From positions 124,001 to 188,000 of the forward strand of contig JAYWIR010000064.1 in NCBI GenBank assembly GCA_036172245.1: a stretch of DNA of 64,000 bases. Reading direction: 5' to 3'. A program made the translations under genes and the position numbers. Below are positions 51,480 to 64,000 of this stretch, piece after piece (positions within the stretch are counted from its first letter, which is position 1; the number at the start of each line of letters is the position of its first letter). The stretch is from Raillietiella orientalis. Taxonomy: Eukaryota. The notes beneath the pieces are model-generated. The model was not told where the DNA came from. It made no database searches and saw only the letters and a program-made list of their open reading frames with translations.

Positions 51480-52000
51480 GCGTCCCTATTTATTTATTTA
51501 TTTTTTGTTCCCTCCCGCCCGTTTCCAACTTTTAGATGTCGCGACCTGCGTGTTGAGGAACTTCTTTTGCATTCCACTGGGAACCGAGTTCCCAGCTGGT
51601 TTATTTTTCATTCAATGAACGCCCCCGAAAAGTGACCAAGTGAGAAACTTCTGGGAAGAGATAAGATGGCGCCGAAACCAGATCGAGGCATATGCGGAGG
51701 ACACCGCCATGAGTCTAAGCAGGCTAATGGGAAGGAGGACCACAACCCACCGATCTCAAATCCACTTGCCTTCCCTATTTATTTATTGTTTTTATTTGTT
51801 TGTTGTGCTTCTTCCCTGCCACGACTGGATTGCACTCTTGGTTGACACGCGTGTCGGCACTTCCTTCAAGGACAGGCAGAACTCCTGGGGAACAGGAACT
51901 CCACTCTGCTTCCTCGCCTTTTTTTGGTTTCATTGATGCACTTCTGCACGCTTCTTTTCAACATGAACTCCTCGGCGGCGATGGCAGGGTGGCCAATTGT
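51480..52000 (-). repeat. Two tandem diverged ~290-bp units resembling stacked element 3' ends
   Basis: tccctatttatttatt at 51483 and 51772, each followed by gac..gcgtgt...acttc, gggaac and tttcatt..atg.ac blocks. Confidence 0.5.
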
Positions 52001-52399
52001 GGAGTCCTGGTATTGGGTGGTTTGGAATTATTCCTTTGGCACACCTCGAATGACGGCCTGACATTCCTCTGTTCTTCAGAGTCTAAGATTCATTTCTGGG
52101 AACTGCGTTCCTTCCTTGCCATCGAATTGGCTTGCCCTTTGTCGAGCTGCATCTCTGGCCTCCGAGAGAAGTTAGCATCGTCTTCCTGTTACCTTCTTTT
52201 TTCATGTCCAAAGAGGGAGTCTCCCGAGTAGTGGCGTTTAGAATATTCTCGTCCGGGACCTCATCGCCAGCGGAGTCTTCCGCTCTTTCGGTCCGAGTGA
52301 CAAGGAAACTTACGTGAGAAGATGCCTTTTCCGCGTGTGGGCTCAGATTTTTAGGTTTCATGGCAAAACGACACACGGTCGAGTTTCGAGTTTCTCACT

Positions 52400-53350
52400 T
52401 CGTGCTCCCATTTTCCATCTTTACCTTTACAGATGACTCTCAGGGATGAACTTCCCTGGAAAATTCTCTTCTCTTTGCTTTCAGACGCAGATGCGAAGTA
52501 AAAGACTCTCCCTTTGTGAATAAAAAACTGCGTTTTTCCTCTCTCAATGCTTTTCGCGGAAAGATCGAGAAGCATTCGCATGATTCAGATTCCGATCGCA
52601 CCTTTTTTGCACCCCGTGTCAAGGAAATCCCTATTGATGCGATCCTGATGGAATGAGGAAGGGCCAAAACTGTGAGAACGATCTGAAGGCAGGGTTAGTG
52701 ATCGGCTCTCGTGACTCCGGACAAGGAGCGAAAGCACCAGGAAGTGGGGAAGATCGAAAGCACACGCCCAGAATCAAGCTGAAGCGAAGCAACACTTCCT
52801 CGGTTTCTCGTTTTGTACTCGGACCTTGCAGGGTTATGGGAGTTCCCTCTCTCTTGCACGGACGACCCCGAGCATGGAGCGCTCTTTCGAAAGACAAACA
52901 AACAGATTCTTCCCATCGACCCTCATCTGCGAGAATGCCGAGATCATCAGCATTGGTGGCAGTCGCCAGAGAAGGCGCCTCCGTACCTCATGCTGCTTGG
53001 AAAATAGATTCCCTAACCAGCTGTAGGGAGGGGAAAAAAATAACTTCAGAGGGGAGGCAGGAATCCACACGGATGGCTCCACCGCCGGAAAGCTGGTCTC
53101 TGCATGTGAGCGATCGAACGCGTTCTGGAGATGCTCCAGCTCTGATCAGTGTGCTCTGTAAGAGACTGATCTTCCTTTGTGCATCCCCGCACAAAGGAGC
53201 TGCATAAATAGGAAAGCCGCATGGCTTCTCTTCGTAGTTTCCTACGCATCCATTTCCCAATGATTTTGCGGAGTGCACTTCCTGTCCGCTTTTAGAGAAC
53301 AGCCGCAGGGATCCTCACAGAGGGCTCCCTGATCTCATGATGGATTTTCA
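52400..53350 (-). mobile_element. Degenerate LINE endonuclease region
   Basis: SGGGAIRVDSCL (GGGVAI.V..L-like) in ORF 52988..53278-, then PMLMISAFS where GDFN would be expected. Confidence 0.42.
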
Positions 53351-53369
53351 CTCGGCTTCGCCGGAGCTG

Positions 53370-54890
53370 TAAATAAATAAATAAAAAACATTACAAAGGT
53401 GGTAGGACCACCGGTCCTATCACGTCCTGACCAGCAAGGCTTGCCGAGAATTCAGTGTCCAGACCGTGAGGATGGCCTCGACAACAAAGGGGAGAGAACA
53501 AAAGATAAAAATAAAAATTTGATAACTTCGGGGAGAGCGGGAAGGATCACAGCTTGCTCAGTCCTTCCTCTGCTTCCTCTCGAGGACTCCAGCAAGCTTC
53601 TTATGGATTTTCTTTCGGTGGGATCGTCACTTTGTTCTACACAGAAAGCGCAGAGCGAAGTGGACGCGTCCCTGGAGCTCCCTCTTCCATTGGCGTGGCT
53701 CAGGCTGCTGCACTCCCTCGCAGGCGGCAAAGAGCTGCTGGGTTTGCGTCTGGTAGCAATGCATCCCGCACGAAGAGGGGTTTCCTTCCGTCTCTGGGAT
53801 TGCAATGCGGAGTCGGTCGAGTCGTCCCTACAAAACATCCACGCAACGGTCACAAGGCAACGCAGTCCACGAGCAGGTGCAGAAGGGATTCACGTTCCTC
53901 CCACCTGCTGCAGTCTAGGTCCACCGCCCTCCCCCTGCTTCTAGGGAAGTCTAGTGGCCCGATGCAACAGGAGGATCGGCGATTCTTGCCACTTGAGAGT
54001 GGAAGCGCGTTTGTTCAGGAGCGCTGAAGACCACTCAAGATCCTTTCGGAGAATTCTCACCCCAACGCACAAGTCCTTCTGGTAGGAGACCTGGGATCAC
54101 AGCGTCTATCAGCTGACCTGTGGCCTAACCATCTAGTGGCCTACACCTGAATTTGATGTCACAGGTGACTTCCCAGTTTGCCAGTAGGTTGCTGCCAACC
54201 TGCTTCCCTCGAGGAGGGCAGCGCCGCGGCAAGGGAAGTTCTTTCTGCCCAAGCACTTCTTGTGGGATGCACGCTGATCTTCTGGAGCAAGAAGATGTCG
54301 CAAAAGGAGTGCAGCAATCGCTGCTACCATAAGTCTGGACTCAGCTCATCGATCTCCACCCACGTGCGAACGGTTTTCTGTAATCAGACACTACCGTTCA
54401 CGGGGCAGCAGGAGGTCCAGGTGTTCTCCTTGGTCAGTTCAACCACTCGCCGTAGTTGGATGATGATTTCCCATGATGGGACACGTTGCGGGGGCGCCGC
54501 GCAAGGAAAGAAGAGAGTCCTTCGCAGCTGCCTCACCAGGAGGTATGCCGGTTAGCACCAGTTGGTGCTCCGGTGTTTCTCCACGGGCCAAAGGTTTTCC
54601 ATGGAAGCTGCCGCTTCAGACACTCCAGCGTGAGGAGGTTGAGACCACCATAGGGGTCTCGGCCTTCTGACACACGTCCTTCAAGCGGACTCGGGATTTC
54701 ACGATCAGGATGCTGTCACATCGCTGTCCGCATACGAAGAGAGAAGCATTTCACCAGCAGGGCGCCTTCTTTTGGTCTGCTGCTCGAACTCCGCTGATTG
54801 TGTTAATCCAGGGGGAGGCAATCAAGGATTTTATTGCTCACTGCCTTCTGAATTGCTGTGACGCTCTTCCTGAGGATTCTCGGGAATTTC
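53370..54890 (-). mobile_element. LINE 3' fragment (post-RT, zf-RVT, TTTA tail)
   Basis: SRVRLKDVC...GGLNLLTLE at ~54620-54700; DCSRWEERESLLHLLVDCVAL at ~53855-53915; (TTTA)n end at 53370-53390. Confidence 0.78.
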
Positions 54891-54999
54891 AGTTAGGATC
54901 GAACAATGATAGGTAAAACGTACGACTTCATGCGCCATTATGCACGATCACACCGTTTCTCTTGTACAAAGATTGCCATATAAATAGCTGCGGGGCCAT

Positions 55000-57900
55000 C
55001 AAACCGCCACTGAAGCATTTAATTAAGGCCGTTTGCAAGCCGGCGACTATACTTGCCCGACCTACCTATAACTTGGTACGTGAGCGCAGGATACGTACCA
55101 GATGACATCTGGAAAGTCCTGACCGTGGATGTGCCGTCCAATCGAAGCTAAGTTTACATTTTCGCTTCTGGAGAAGCAGGATCAGGGAGCTGGGTCAGAT
55201 TCAGTATTTCCACCTTCTTTACTATTCTCTGACTGAAAAGAGCATTTTAAGTCACTTTCCAAATGTGCTCCACTTCTTTCTTAGTCCTCGTGCTTGCTTC
55301 GCTTCTGACCTAAGTAGTAGGGCGCCTTCAAATGCTTCCTAGAGGTTCACGGAGACCCCACCAATAGATTTAGATAAATTCACCAGCATTTAATGACAGC
55401 TTCAGCATCGCAATACCATTTGGCACTCGTCGATCTTAACGCTGCCCTAAAACTTCTGGAAGTTCCTGCAGAAGTTATGGACACTCCGAAACTTCTATAC
55501 AACCTATTTGGCACTTCCGGAAGAATCATGCTCCAGATTCGTGAGGGTTAATCTGAAAACTGGAACGATCATTCCTGTGTTGGGGTCGTGTACAAAAACT
55601 ACCAATTTTTGGAAAACTGTTTTCCCTGATACTATCCGAATGATTGATCTAATATGTGGGTTTATTGAGGGTGGCATAATGTCGGTTTTCGTTCCTCAAA
55701 GGTGTCAGCCAGAGCATACGATCACTGTCTATCACTGTTTAAATGACGCAAAAATTTACAGAGGTCGACCGGTTTATCCCAAATAAAAAGCATGATTTTA
55801 TTAATCTAGGAAATCTTGGTTGGATTTTCCAATCCAAATTGGAGATCACTGCTGCACAAAATGAGATGAAATGTTTCCGGCTGTTTGCCAACGAAATCCT
55901 CTACTCGGCGATTCCTCTTGTACTTCAGAGGAGTTCCAATTTGGCCCCACTTCTTGAGTTCTTCTCAGCCAACGCTTCCTTCTTACTTATGTCCGCCCTT
56001 GCTGGAACTGATAATCACTGTAATCCCGTCCTTCTAACAAAACCCTGGCTTGCAATCCATCCCACTGCTGCTTCAGTAAGCAGCATTAGTCTAGCTCATC
56101 ATCATCTTAATGCTGTTAATGAATATGTGTTTATTCATTTCACAGTATTCGTGAGTCGATTTATATTGTGTCGCGGAAGACTTCGTCGAGCTTGTTGTAG
56201 AAGAGGTCTTGAATGATGCCAACGTCACGGATATTTTGAACTTTGAGCTTCAAGAAATAGGTTTTGATCCACAGAGAGCGAATCAATGTCAATTTCTCGG
56301 CCAACAGGCACAGAAGACGAATCTAGTTGGCAACTACATCTTGAGTTTCCAAAAAGTCACAGTGCAAGGTCCGATGATAAGTTGATACAAGGAAGCTGCA
56401 AATTGATATTCCGATGATTCTAACGTTTGTCAAGGATGGATCCTGTAGGTCCTCCGGCTTGCCACGTTGCAAGACGTGCTCAGTGTTATCCGTGAGGACG
56501 TAAGATTCAACTCGGCAACCTGAAGTAAAGGCAGACTTTCATTAATTCACAAACAGCTGGCTCCCTGGAGGCTGGGAAATTCAAAAGCAAGGAAGGAGGC
56601 GAGCAAGGTTCGAGTTCCTTTACCGAAGAAACTTTAAATGCAAGAAATCCTGCTTTCCTCAAAGGGAGGCATTCTCGTGGTAGAACAAATTACTCATCCA
56701 CAGTGGTGTGCCGTCTTGGGTGAATTGGCAAGAAAGGGCCTATACAAGAGACGGGACGCGACCACATATGTCCTCAGATAAAAGGAAGGCAAAAGGCAAA
56801 CTTGAAAATATCAAACATTCACAGATTCCTCCCCGAAAGAGCAAGGCATCGAAAATTCCTCACAGTTGTTTTCGCAGCGTGATTAGCTTCGATTTCAGAA
56901 GAGCGGTCCAGATTTGCAGAATCCGGAAGGTTGCAAGCAAGCCGCGAGCTTCCCCAGGAACATCGAAACATGCTGTTGCATGTTTCGATGGTTCACAGGA
57001 TGAGATTTCTGACTTCAGATCTCGAGACGCTGAGAGCCTCGACCGAATGGAGGACCGTTTAAAAGTGAAGATTTGCTGTTGCCACTCGAATGAAATCAGA
57101 CGAACTTCCATTCGGGGTTGCTAGCGCAGATGTTCACAAACAGTACGGATTGAAATCACAAGAAGGCGCACTTGGAACACCCGCCTCGGATAAAATTTCC
57201 CTTCCGAGAGCTTTTTCCATCTAATTACTCTTTAAGCGCTCTGTTTTGAATACAAAGTAAATACACCAGTCTAAGAAACACTGTGGTGGTAAAGAGGCGG
57301 TGGAATGATGGGGAACTCCTGCAAACTGATCACTGGCATAAAGCAACTCATTGAAGAGCCAGAAAGACTCATCCTTCGCCAATTCCTGACCGCTACGTTT
57401 ATTCGCATTACTTCTGGGTTGCAGAAAAAAGGGAACGCTCGAAGAACGTGAAACCGTGCGTTTTGCGTTTTCCTTTTCCGATTTCGTAGTCAAATAGATG
57501 AGCTCACCATACTTCCATTCCGCTAACTCCTATTATACCTTGTTTGCTGACGGATCCACTGCAGGCATCCGCTTCTCAGGCCTACTTCCGACTCTCCCTA
57601 TTCGTAAGAAGTGACGCAGCTCGTGATTCATCCCCCAGTCACAAACTGCTGAACTGCCGATCTATCGCGCAAATCGTTCTCGCTTACAGCCAGCTAGAAA
57701 TCCTTTTGCGGAAAATCTTTGGTTTCATGTCTCACTACTTCGATCTTCCCCAGAAACTGCTGAGTTTCCGGGATGACCCAGCAGTAAATGGCTCAGTAGT
57801 TTTGGAATCTCTGTTGCCGTTGTCAGACCCGATGTGAGCGCATCTACTTCTTCGGCTTTCCCCAGATACCCGAATGCAAACAGAGCATGTTATTTGACTC

Positions 57901-59700
57901 GTAAAAGGGACGAAATTTCATTATCACTTTTATTTCTGTGCTCCTCTACACGCTAATGACACTGCCGCCGTGCTATCACTCCAACGAAGGGACGGTACTC
58001 CGAGTAGAAAGGAGCGAGGAGATTTCTGGTTGTTCTTAGAACAGGAAGACAGATCAAACGAACGGTGACCACATCACTCTGCACCTTTCCAGCACTGATT
58101 CCGAGACCCATTCCTGAGGACGGAGGGTAGATCCTTAGAGCTTATTTTTCCATTTCAGAACCTCCCTTGGCAATAAACTGCGCCTGGTTTCAGAGTTGGA
58201 GCAGCCCCTCTTTTCCTCGCCTTGGTTCTCGATTCCTTGATCTTATCGCGACTTCAGGAGATTTCCATCACCATCTCCAGAGAAATCCTTGGTTTGTCTG
58301 TAATTTTCATGAAACCCTCGACGTCTTCATGCGCAGCTAAAGAAACATGCAATTTTGTGGCTTGCAAGCCTTTTTGTAATGTAAAAAAAAATACCCCACA
58401 CGGGAAGTGGCTACCTACAATAGAATGTGATGTGCATTTCAGAAAGAGGGTGAGTGGCTGGGTTCCGAACAACAGTTTTCTCCCCTCCCCTCCATCTTTC
58501 TAATTCTTCAAGTAACAGCAATTCCACGATGCTTGACAGCCTAGAATGGAGCTCTCCAGTTTGAAATATAGGAAAATGGTTGTCATGTCCGTTGCAGTCC
58601 AGCTTCTCATCGAAACAGTTCAATCATTTCGGACTTCTCTCGTGAAGGAAAATGGAAAATTTTCGGCAGTTAGACGACGATCAGAAAGTGAGATAGAGGT
58701 ACTGGTCCTTAGCTGATCCGAGCGAATTGCTCTACAGTCCTCATTTTAGTGTGATGGAATGACTATGGGATGAGGGAGTTTTGCCTCGTTAACTGCCTCA
58801 CAGGACTGCGACGGACTGCAGTTCGAGGAAAAGCTGCTCAGCAGTGTGGGTCCCCTTTTATCATTGTGCACTTCGATCTCAGCCAAAGGGCGAGAAGCGA
58901 ATTCCTCTAACATTCTGCAAATTCTGAGGCTATGACCAACAGTTGCACTCAATAAGATTCAGAAAATGCCGATATTTCGTGCATTTCTCTCAAGCTGCAG
59001 ATCGTAAACAGCATACCGTGTCCACGTTTGCGGCAATGCTTTCTAGACCGTGGACGGTATCTCTCTTGGAGAAATTCCAATTCCCTAACTTTTCCATCGC
59101 TCCCGAAGTGGCTTGGCCAACAGCAACTCTTTGAGAACTGTTTGAGCGATTGGAGCACGGCAATCCAAAGCACGGAAAATCCAAGCTGAACATTTCGAAC
59201 CTGCGCATTCAAAGGAGAAGGACTCTTTTGGTTCTGTGACTCTGAGAAGATTTTCACCGAAACTGGTGGAGAAGGGACGTAGGGATGAAGAGACCCACAT
59301 TTCCATCACCAGCTCGGCCAAGGAATCGATCGATATCCCGCGCGAAGGATGAATCTTCACTTTTCCATTTTGAGTGCAGTTCCTCGTCTTCAGAAGGGAG
59401 ATTTGCCTTATTGGCCAAGCACAGTGGATTTCTTTATTCCTCGTACTCTTTTCTAAATGGGACGCAAGCTAGTAGGAAGGAAGGTGGCAGACTTTGCTCT
59501 TTGGTAGTTCTCCGACACAGGCATAGGTGCCTCGCAGTCAGGACGGGTGTTTTGAGGTTGAATAGAGAAAACGTTCAGAAAGCCAAGTCGACGAAGATCT
59601 GTCTCCATGGAGAAGCTGGAATTTTCCACTGCCGCAAGCAGCTTTCATTTTTCCCCTCTCGCTCACAGATTGGCAAATAATTTTCCCTCCATTCCTTTCC
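55000..59700 (-). mobile_element. Long AT-rich degenerate LINE remnant
   Basis: SSSVPFFL followed by LLYASDQ (LLYADD-like, 57329-57346) in ORF 57221..57493-; FGSDG (SDH-like) upstream near 59100. Extent inferred. Confidence 0.45.
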
Positions 59701-59899
59701 TTTTTCAAGCGAACCTTGAAGATCACCACAAATCATGAGATCCTGTGCGATTTCAGCTCACGCATCGAGTTCCAGCCACAATCGACCACCAGATCACATA
59801 TGAAAATGTTCAAGATAATCAATTAAACTTGGTTCAAAGTCCGGCATTTGCTCGCTTTTACTTTGATTTTTTTTTTCGTGTGTCTTATAGTCTTCTCGC

Positions 59900-60660
59900 T
59901 TCGGAGGCTTTGTGGTTGAGGCTTCCGCGCGTGGCACCGTGCGTCGCGGGTTCGAATACTCCGCAGAAACTGACGCCACTTCGTCGTTGGGTTCCGAGTT
60001 TCTCCTCCAAGATGGCGCTGGTTGGCCGAGGCATTCGGGCGTGGCACCGGCAGTGGATTAAGCCGGGAGGCCCCTGATGAAGGCCGGAACAATGGGAGTC
60101 GACCTTCGGGTCCTCCCAGGAATCAAGGAGTCGGGAGTTCCCCCTCCTGTCGTGCAATGGAGAGCGGACCCCCTCCCCGGGTGACCCCACCGGTTTCAAG
60201 ATGGAGCAGGAGCCTTCACAGGCACCTCTCCAGTTGTTCAAAGGAGCGGACCCCCCTGCTGCGGGGGGGACCCTCCGAGTCGTCGCCTCTTCACAGAGTG
60301 TGCACAAGGAAGCAAGCGAGAGCGATTCCCTGCGGGAAGCTGCAGCGCCCCTTCTGAATTTCGGAAGCGTCCCTTGGGGGTTCTCTTCAGTGGAGTGAAC
60401 AGGAGCGGTTCCCTTGTGGGTTCCCTCCAGAGAAGAAATTCCTACTAGAGGATCCTTTCCGGGTTCCCTTCGGAGAAGATGAAATGGAGAGGACAGCCCC
60501 TCCCCATTGGGGGTTGTCCCTCCAGAGAGAATGAGGAAGGAGATTCTCTTCGGAGACAACCAGGGTGGGAGATGCCCTTCCTGGATTCATAGGGCGTAAC
60601 CCCCTTCCGGGGTGCCCCCTATCTTGAGGAATAATCACGTCACCCGCGAAGGGTGCGTGT
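59900..60660 (+). mobile_element. tRNA-headed SINE-like repeat, copy 2
   Basis: Head AGGCTTTGTGGTTGAGGC...GCGGGTTCGAATAC (~59905-59960). The body is highly similar to the reverse complement of 16670-17475, with two internal deletions. Confidence 0.6.
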
Positions 60661-61899
60661 TCTAGAATTTGCTGCTCTTTCGCAATTCTTAAAGTTGCAC
60701 CGGTAGTGGAGTGATGGCAGCTTTGATCCCTAAGGAAAAAGATTCTAGGAATCCACTCCGCCAAGGGTGTTTGGTGTTTGCGTCTTTATCACCTCTGCAA
60801 GGTATTTGGTCACGTCTCATGACAACTAATTGCTAGCCTGATTTATTTTATGCCGAGTTTTGTATATACAGCAGTGATGGCTGCATGCAATTATTCAAGG
60901 GAGCATGGGGTCGCTAATAATTTCCTGCGAGCTGCTACAGTATGGGCGTGACTAGACAAACTCTTGTCTTTACTTTGTTATTAGTCTATATAGGACTTCC
61001 GCCATTCGGATGAATTCTTTAAGTATTCTAATTGATTTTTGCGTAGGGAAACTTAATAATTGACAGCTCAGTGTAATCTACTAGATAAAATTCTCTGATC
61101 TTATATGGAATTAGCAGAACTCGAGAACAACGCGAAAAAGAGCCAAGACGGAGCGAGAAGACCGAGGAAGAACTTCGGGGCGTGTGTGCGTATCGGGTTC
61201 GTTCCTGACCACGCCCTCTGCAATTCATGCGTGCTTAAAATAATTCTTTTAACAGCAACTGGTGCTGCGTTCCTCTTCTAGCCCCTTCATGAAAAACTGA
61301 GAAGCTAACGGAGAGGCTAATTACAGTTGCCCACTGCTCCTCCTGAAGTACCGGGTCCACTTCACCCGCTTCGTGTCTCAGCAAACCAACACTCCGACGG
61401 TTCCAGCCTTCTCACGTATTGGGTGCCCAGAAAATGAATTCGAAGGGTCAGGGCTGCTTCGCGCTTCCCACTGAGGGATAGAAATCTGTCTTTGGCTAAT
61501 TGCACTTGTACTACTGGCTATCATCCTCTAATGGGTGAAATTCAAATAATGCCCTCCCCCTCCCCTACAGCACGTGATTCCCCTTACCAAGCAGCAATTC
61601 TTCCCGGAATTCTTACTCCTCTTTTTTTTTCTTACAACTGTCTTCTTTACTTTGATCTTAGCCAAAAGGCCGAGAAGCGAAAAGATCAAAGTGCAGATCA
61701 ACAAACTTGCAGGTATTGTAGAGCCCTACTGTCGCAGCTGTGTGTACTGTCCCAAATCTGCCCCAAATAAAATCTGTTCTTATCAGCTCAACATGTGATA
61801 CTCCACCTATCTGGCGGCCAGAATATTAAGCTACTTTTTTGGAAGTGGACGGCAGGTTCGCTCCTCTCCTGTCCCAGGTTGACCCGGACTGGCAGCACT

Positions 61900-62340
61900 T
61901 CCGGGATCAACTGCCTTCTTCGGTCAGTAACTGACGTTGGGCATCGGACCCCTCCGCAAATTCAGTTCATCTCATCACATCAGCACGCGATCTTCGCGCT
62001 GTAAACAAAAATTCTACAGATGATCAGCAGCTGCGCACCGTGCCCTGCAAACATTACTCACATCATGATTAGGGTCACCTAGGTGTTCTCTTTGAACTGT
62101 GTTGTCCTCTTGGGGAGATTCTGTTCCTAGATTCTAGGATCTGCGAAGCTGTGGACGCATGTTTGAAACTGGCTATGAGGCTCCCCCCAAGAAAATCTGG
62201 CACTGGCTGACCTATGATTGATCTCAGCCGTGGGAAACGTTTCAAGAGAAAAGGCGATTTCTTGACATGAGTCAAAAAACCGCTGCTCAGTGTGTGATCA
62301 TCATCGATGGTTGAACCTTTGTTCACGTGCATCTTCCTTC
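61900..62340 (-). mobile_element. Possible LINE endonuclease remnant
   Basis: FLGGSL (GGDFN-like), RSRADV (SRID-like) and VTDR (SDH-like) in order on the minus strand. Weak. Confidence 0.28.
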
Positions 62341-64000
62341 AAAGACGGAAATCCTATCTCGAGGGCTGATGCATTCGACTTTATACTCGCTATCTCTCGA
62401 TAATTAATTTTTACTGCAGTCTATAATCATAACAGTTCAGTTCTATTGGATTAGTAAGATTAGTAGGAAGCGTGGGATTACACGATCGTTGAGAGGCGAA
62501 TGAATTATTTCTGGAAGAATGCAAAATTCTACACTTCTATCAAATATTCAGCCATGAGGAACGAATGACGCAATTTAACTCAAAATTCATGCGCTGCTCA
62601 AGCGATACCATCTTTACTCCAGCTGTAAGCTAAGAGGAAGCACGAGTCTGATGGTATGAGAATGAGATGTTTCCATGGTAGCGAATTCTCCCTTTTGATG
62701 AATACAATCTGGAGAAAGCTATAAATTGGTGGGAATGTAAAAGAGATTGATAGGCAGCTAGTGAAACGTTTTATTCAAACCCATGCAAAGCATCCTTCCT
62801 CGCAGCCATTGAGTCTACTGCCCCGTTTCGTATTTTGACTTGACATGTGCTAGACTTGAAAGCAAAATAGGATTTCACTTCTGTACAGTCCCAAAACCAA
62901 GCTGCGGTTACACACAGTAATAATGACTTCCGAATCCATAAAACTCTACAGTTTCGCTAATCAGTCGGCGGTTTTATCAAAAACCTATGATTTCCTGATC
63001 ACGAGATTGCTTACAACAACGGAACCAGCAGAAGAATTGCGAGATAAGGGGCTCAAACGAAGTCATCCGGTATCGGAGAACTTGGTTTCAGCTTTCGATA
63101 ACACCAGATTCCATGGCTACTAAGTAATAGAAATCCTGCTCTCGAGAAAGCGCCCCCTTCCCCCCCCCCCCCAAAAAAAAAAAAAGAAAGATAGAAAGGA
63201 AGGAGGGAAGGAAGGAAGCAAAAACACGGGGAAGGAGAATCGACTCGATCTCGGTCGCTTGGCATATCCGGCAATCAAGGAAAGCTTCACATATAGATTG
63301 CAGCCGTCTATCGAAGGCAAACCAAGGGGGCATTGGACGGAATCTCTCAAGAGATCGCAGCATCCATTCTAGCTTGACATTGCGACAAAGTTGTCTGTCT
63401 CCCGAGAAGAAGGCACTCTGATCCTAACGTCCAGGAACCACAAATTTTTGAGCGTTCAACGGAAACTTGAATGACTCATTGCGAAGTGTGGAGCATCAAG
63501 ATATTTGACTCCTAAAGAAAACTCGATCACCCGAGTCGAAGATATTCAAACTTGAAGGAGAATTTCGTTTTTGCCTTTTTGCTTTGCTGACAGCACAAAG
63601 ACCGATATTGTCAGAGTCTAAAAAAAACATGGCTACCATAACGAGCGGGAAGAGGACTCCGATTTTTTTTTGTGTGTGTATTCAAATGACTTTTGAAACC
63701 TCACATCCAACACATTTTTGTGACCTATAAAGGCAGGGTTTTTCCAAACGGCGGAATCTAAATCTAATCTAAATCTACAATATCTGTAAGAAAACAAATT
63801 TTGTTGGTAGTCGTATCTGTTAGCTTGCTTCTTACAACGTCACCAATGGAATAGCTCTATGCTTATGAGACCTTGGAAACCAATCAGACAGGAATAAGTC
63901 TAAAGATTCTTGCAGATGGTTTCTTATCATTCTTCAAGCACTTCGTTGTTGCGTCTAAGACTTCAGAGGGGTTTTCCCATCTTGATGTTTTTTTTTTTTT

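Noticed and set aside
60060..60095. Hammerhead ribozyme at CTGATGA (and CTGAAGA near 16986)
   Set aside because: I could not build the required GAAA core with convincing stems I-III; the sequence reads CTGATGAAGGCCGGAAC.
60365..60575. CRISPR array
   Set aside because: The repeats are degenerate, the spacers are short and largely shared between the two dispersed copies, there are no cas genes, and the context is a eukaryotic retroelement.
62350..64000. Host gene or telomere at the window end
   Set aside because: It is AT-rich sequence with homopolymer runs only; no credible ORF, splice pattern or telomeric repeat.

Overview
Probably eukaryotic DNA (organism not identifiable; possibly a protist). 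I recognise no intact host gene. The window is a dense graveyard of degenerate non-LTR retrotransposons (APE endonuclease, RT, post-RT GGLG and zf-RVT motifs read by eye), and most remnants lie on the minus strand. The largest structure is a near-identical inverted duplication of about 12 kb (1674-13622 vs 29307-41255). The duplicated unit is a GC-rich, frameshift-riddled, unusually long LINE-like element with the order APE - RT - CxxC - RNase H-like - CCHC. The many long Arg/Ala/Pro-rich ORFs in the track are GC shadow ORFs of this element. Best candidate for a new system: two unrelated, AT-rich protein-coding fragments sit in sense orientation in the same post-CxxC linker of two divergent members of this LINE type. 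One is an ankyrin-repeat piece; the other is an uninterrupted 162-codon ORF with a weak resemblance to a giant-virus capsid. This suggests cargo capture inside a strand-biased, fold-back-prone TE cluster that could be a small-RNA source. Also present are two copies of a tRNA-headed SINE-like element with an internal hairpin array and a conserved 3' stem-loop, and two perfect DNA hairpins. All motif calls are manual and need HMM or BLAST confirmation.
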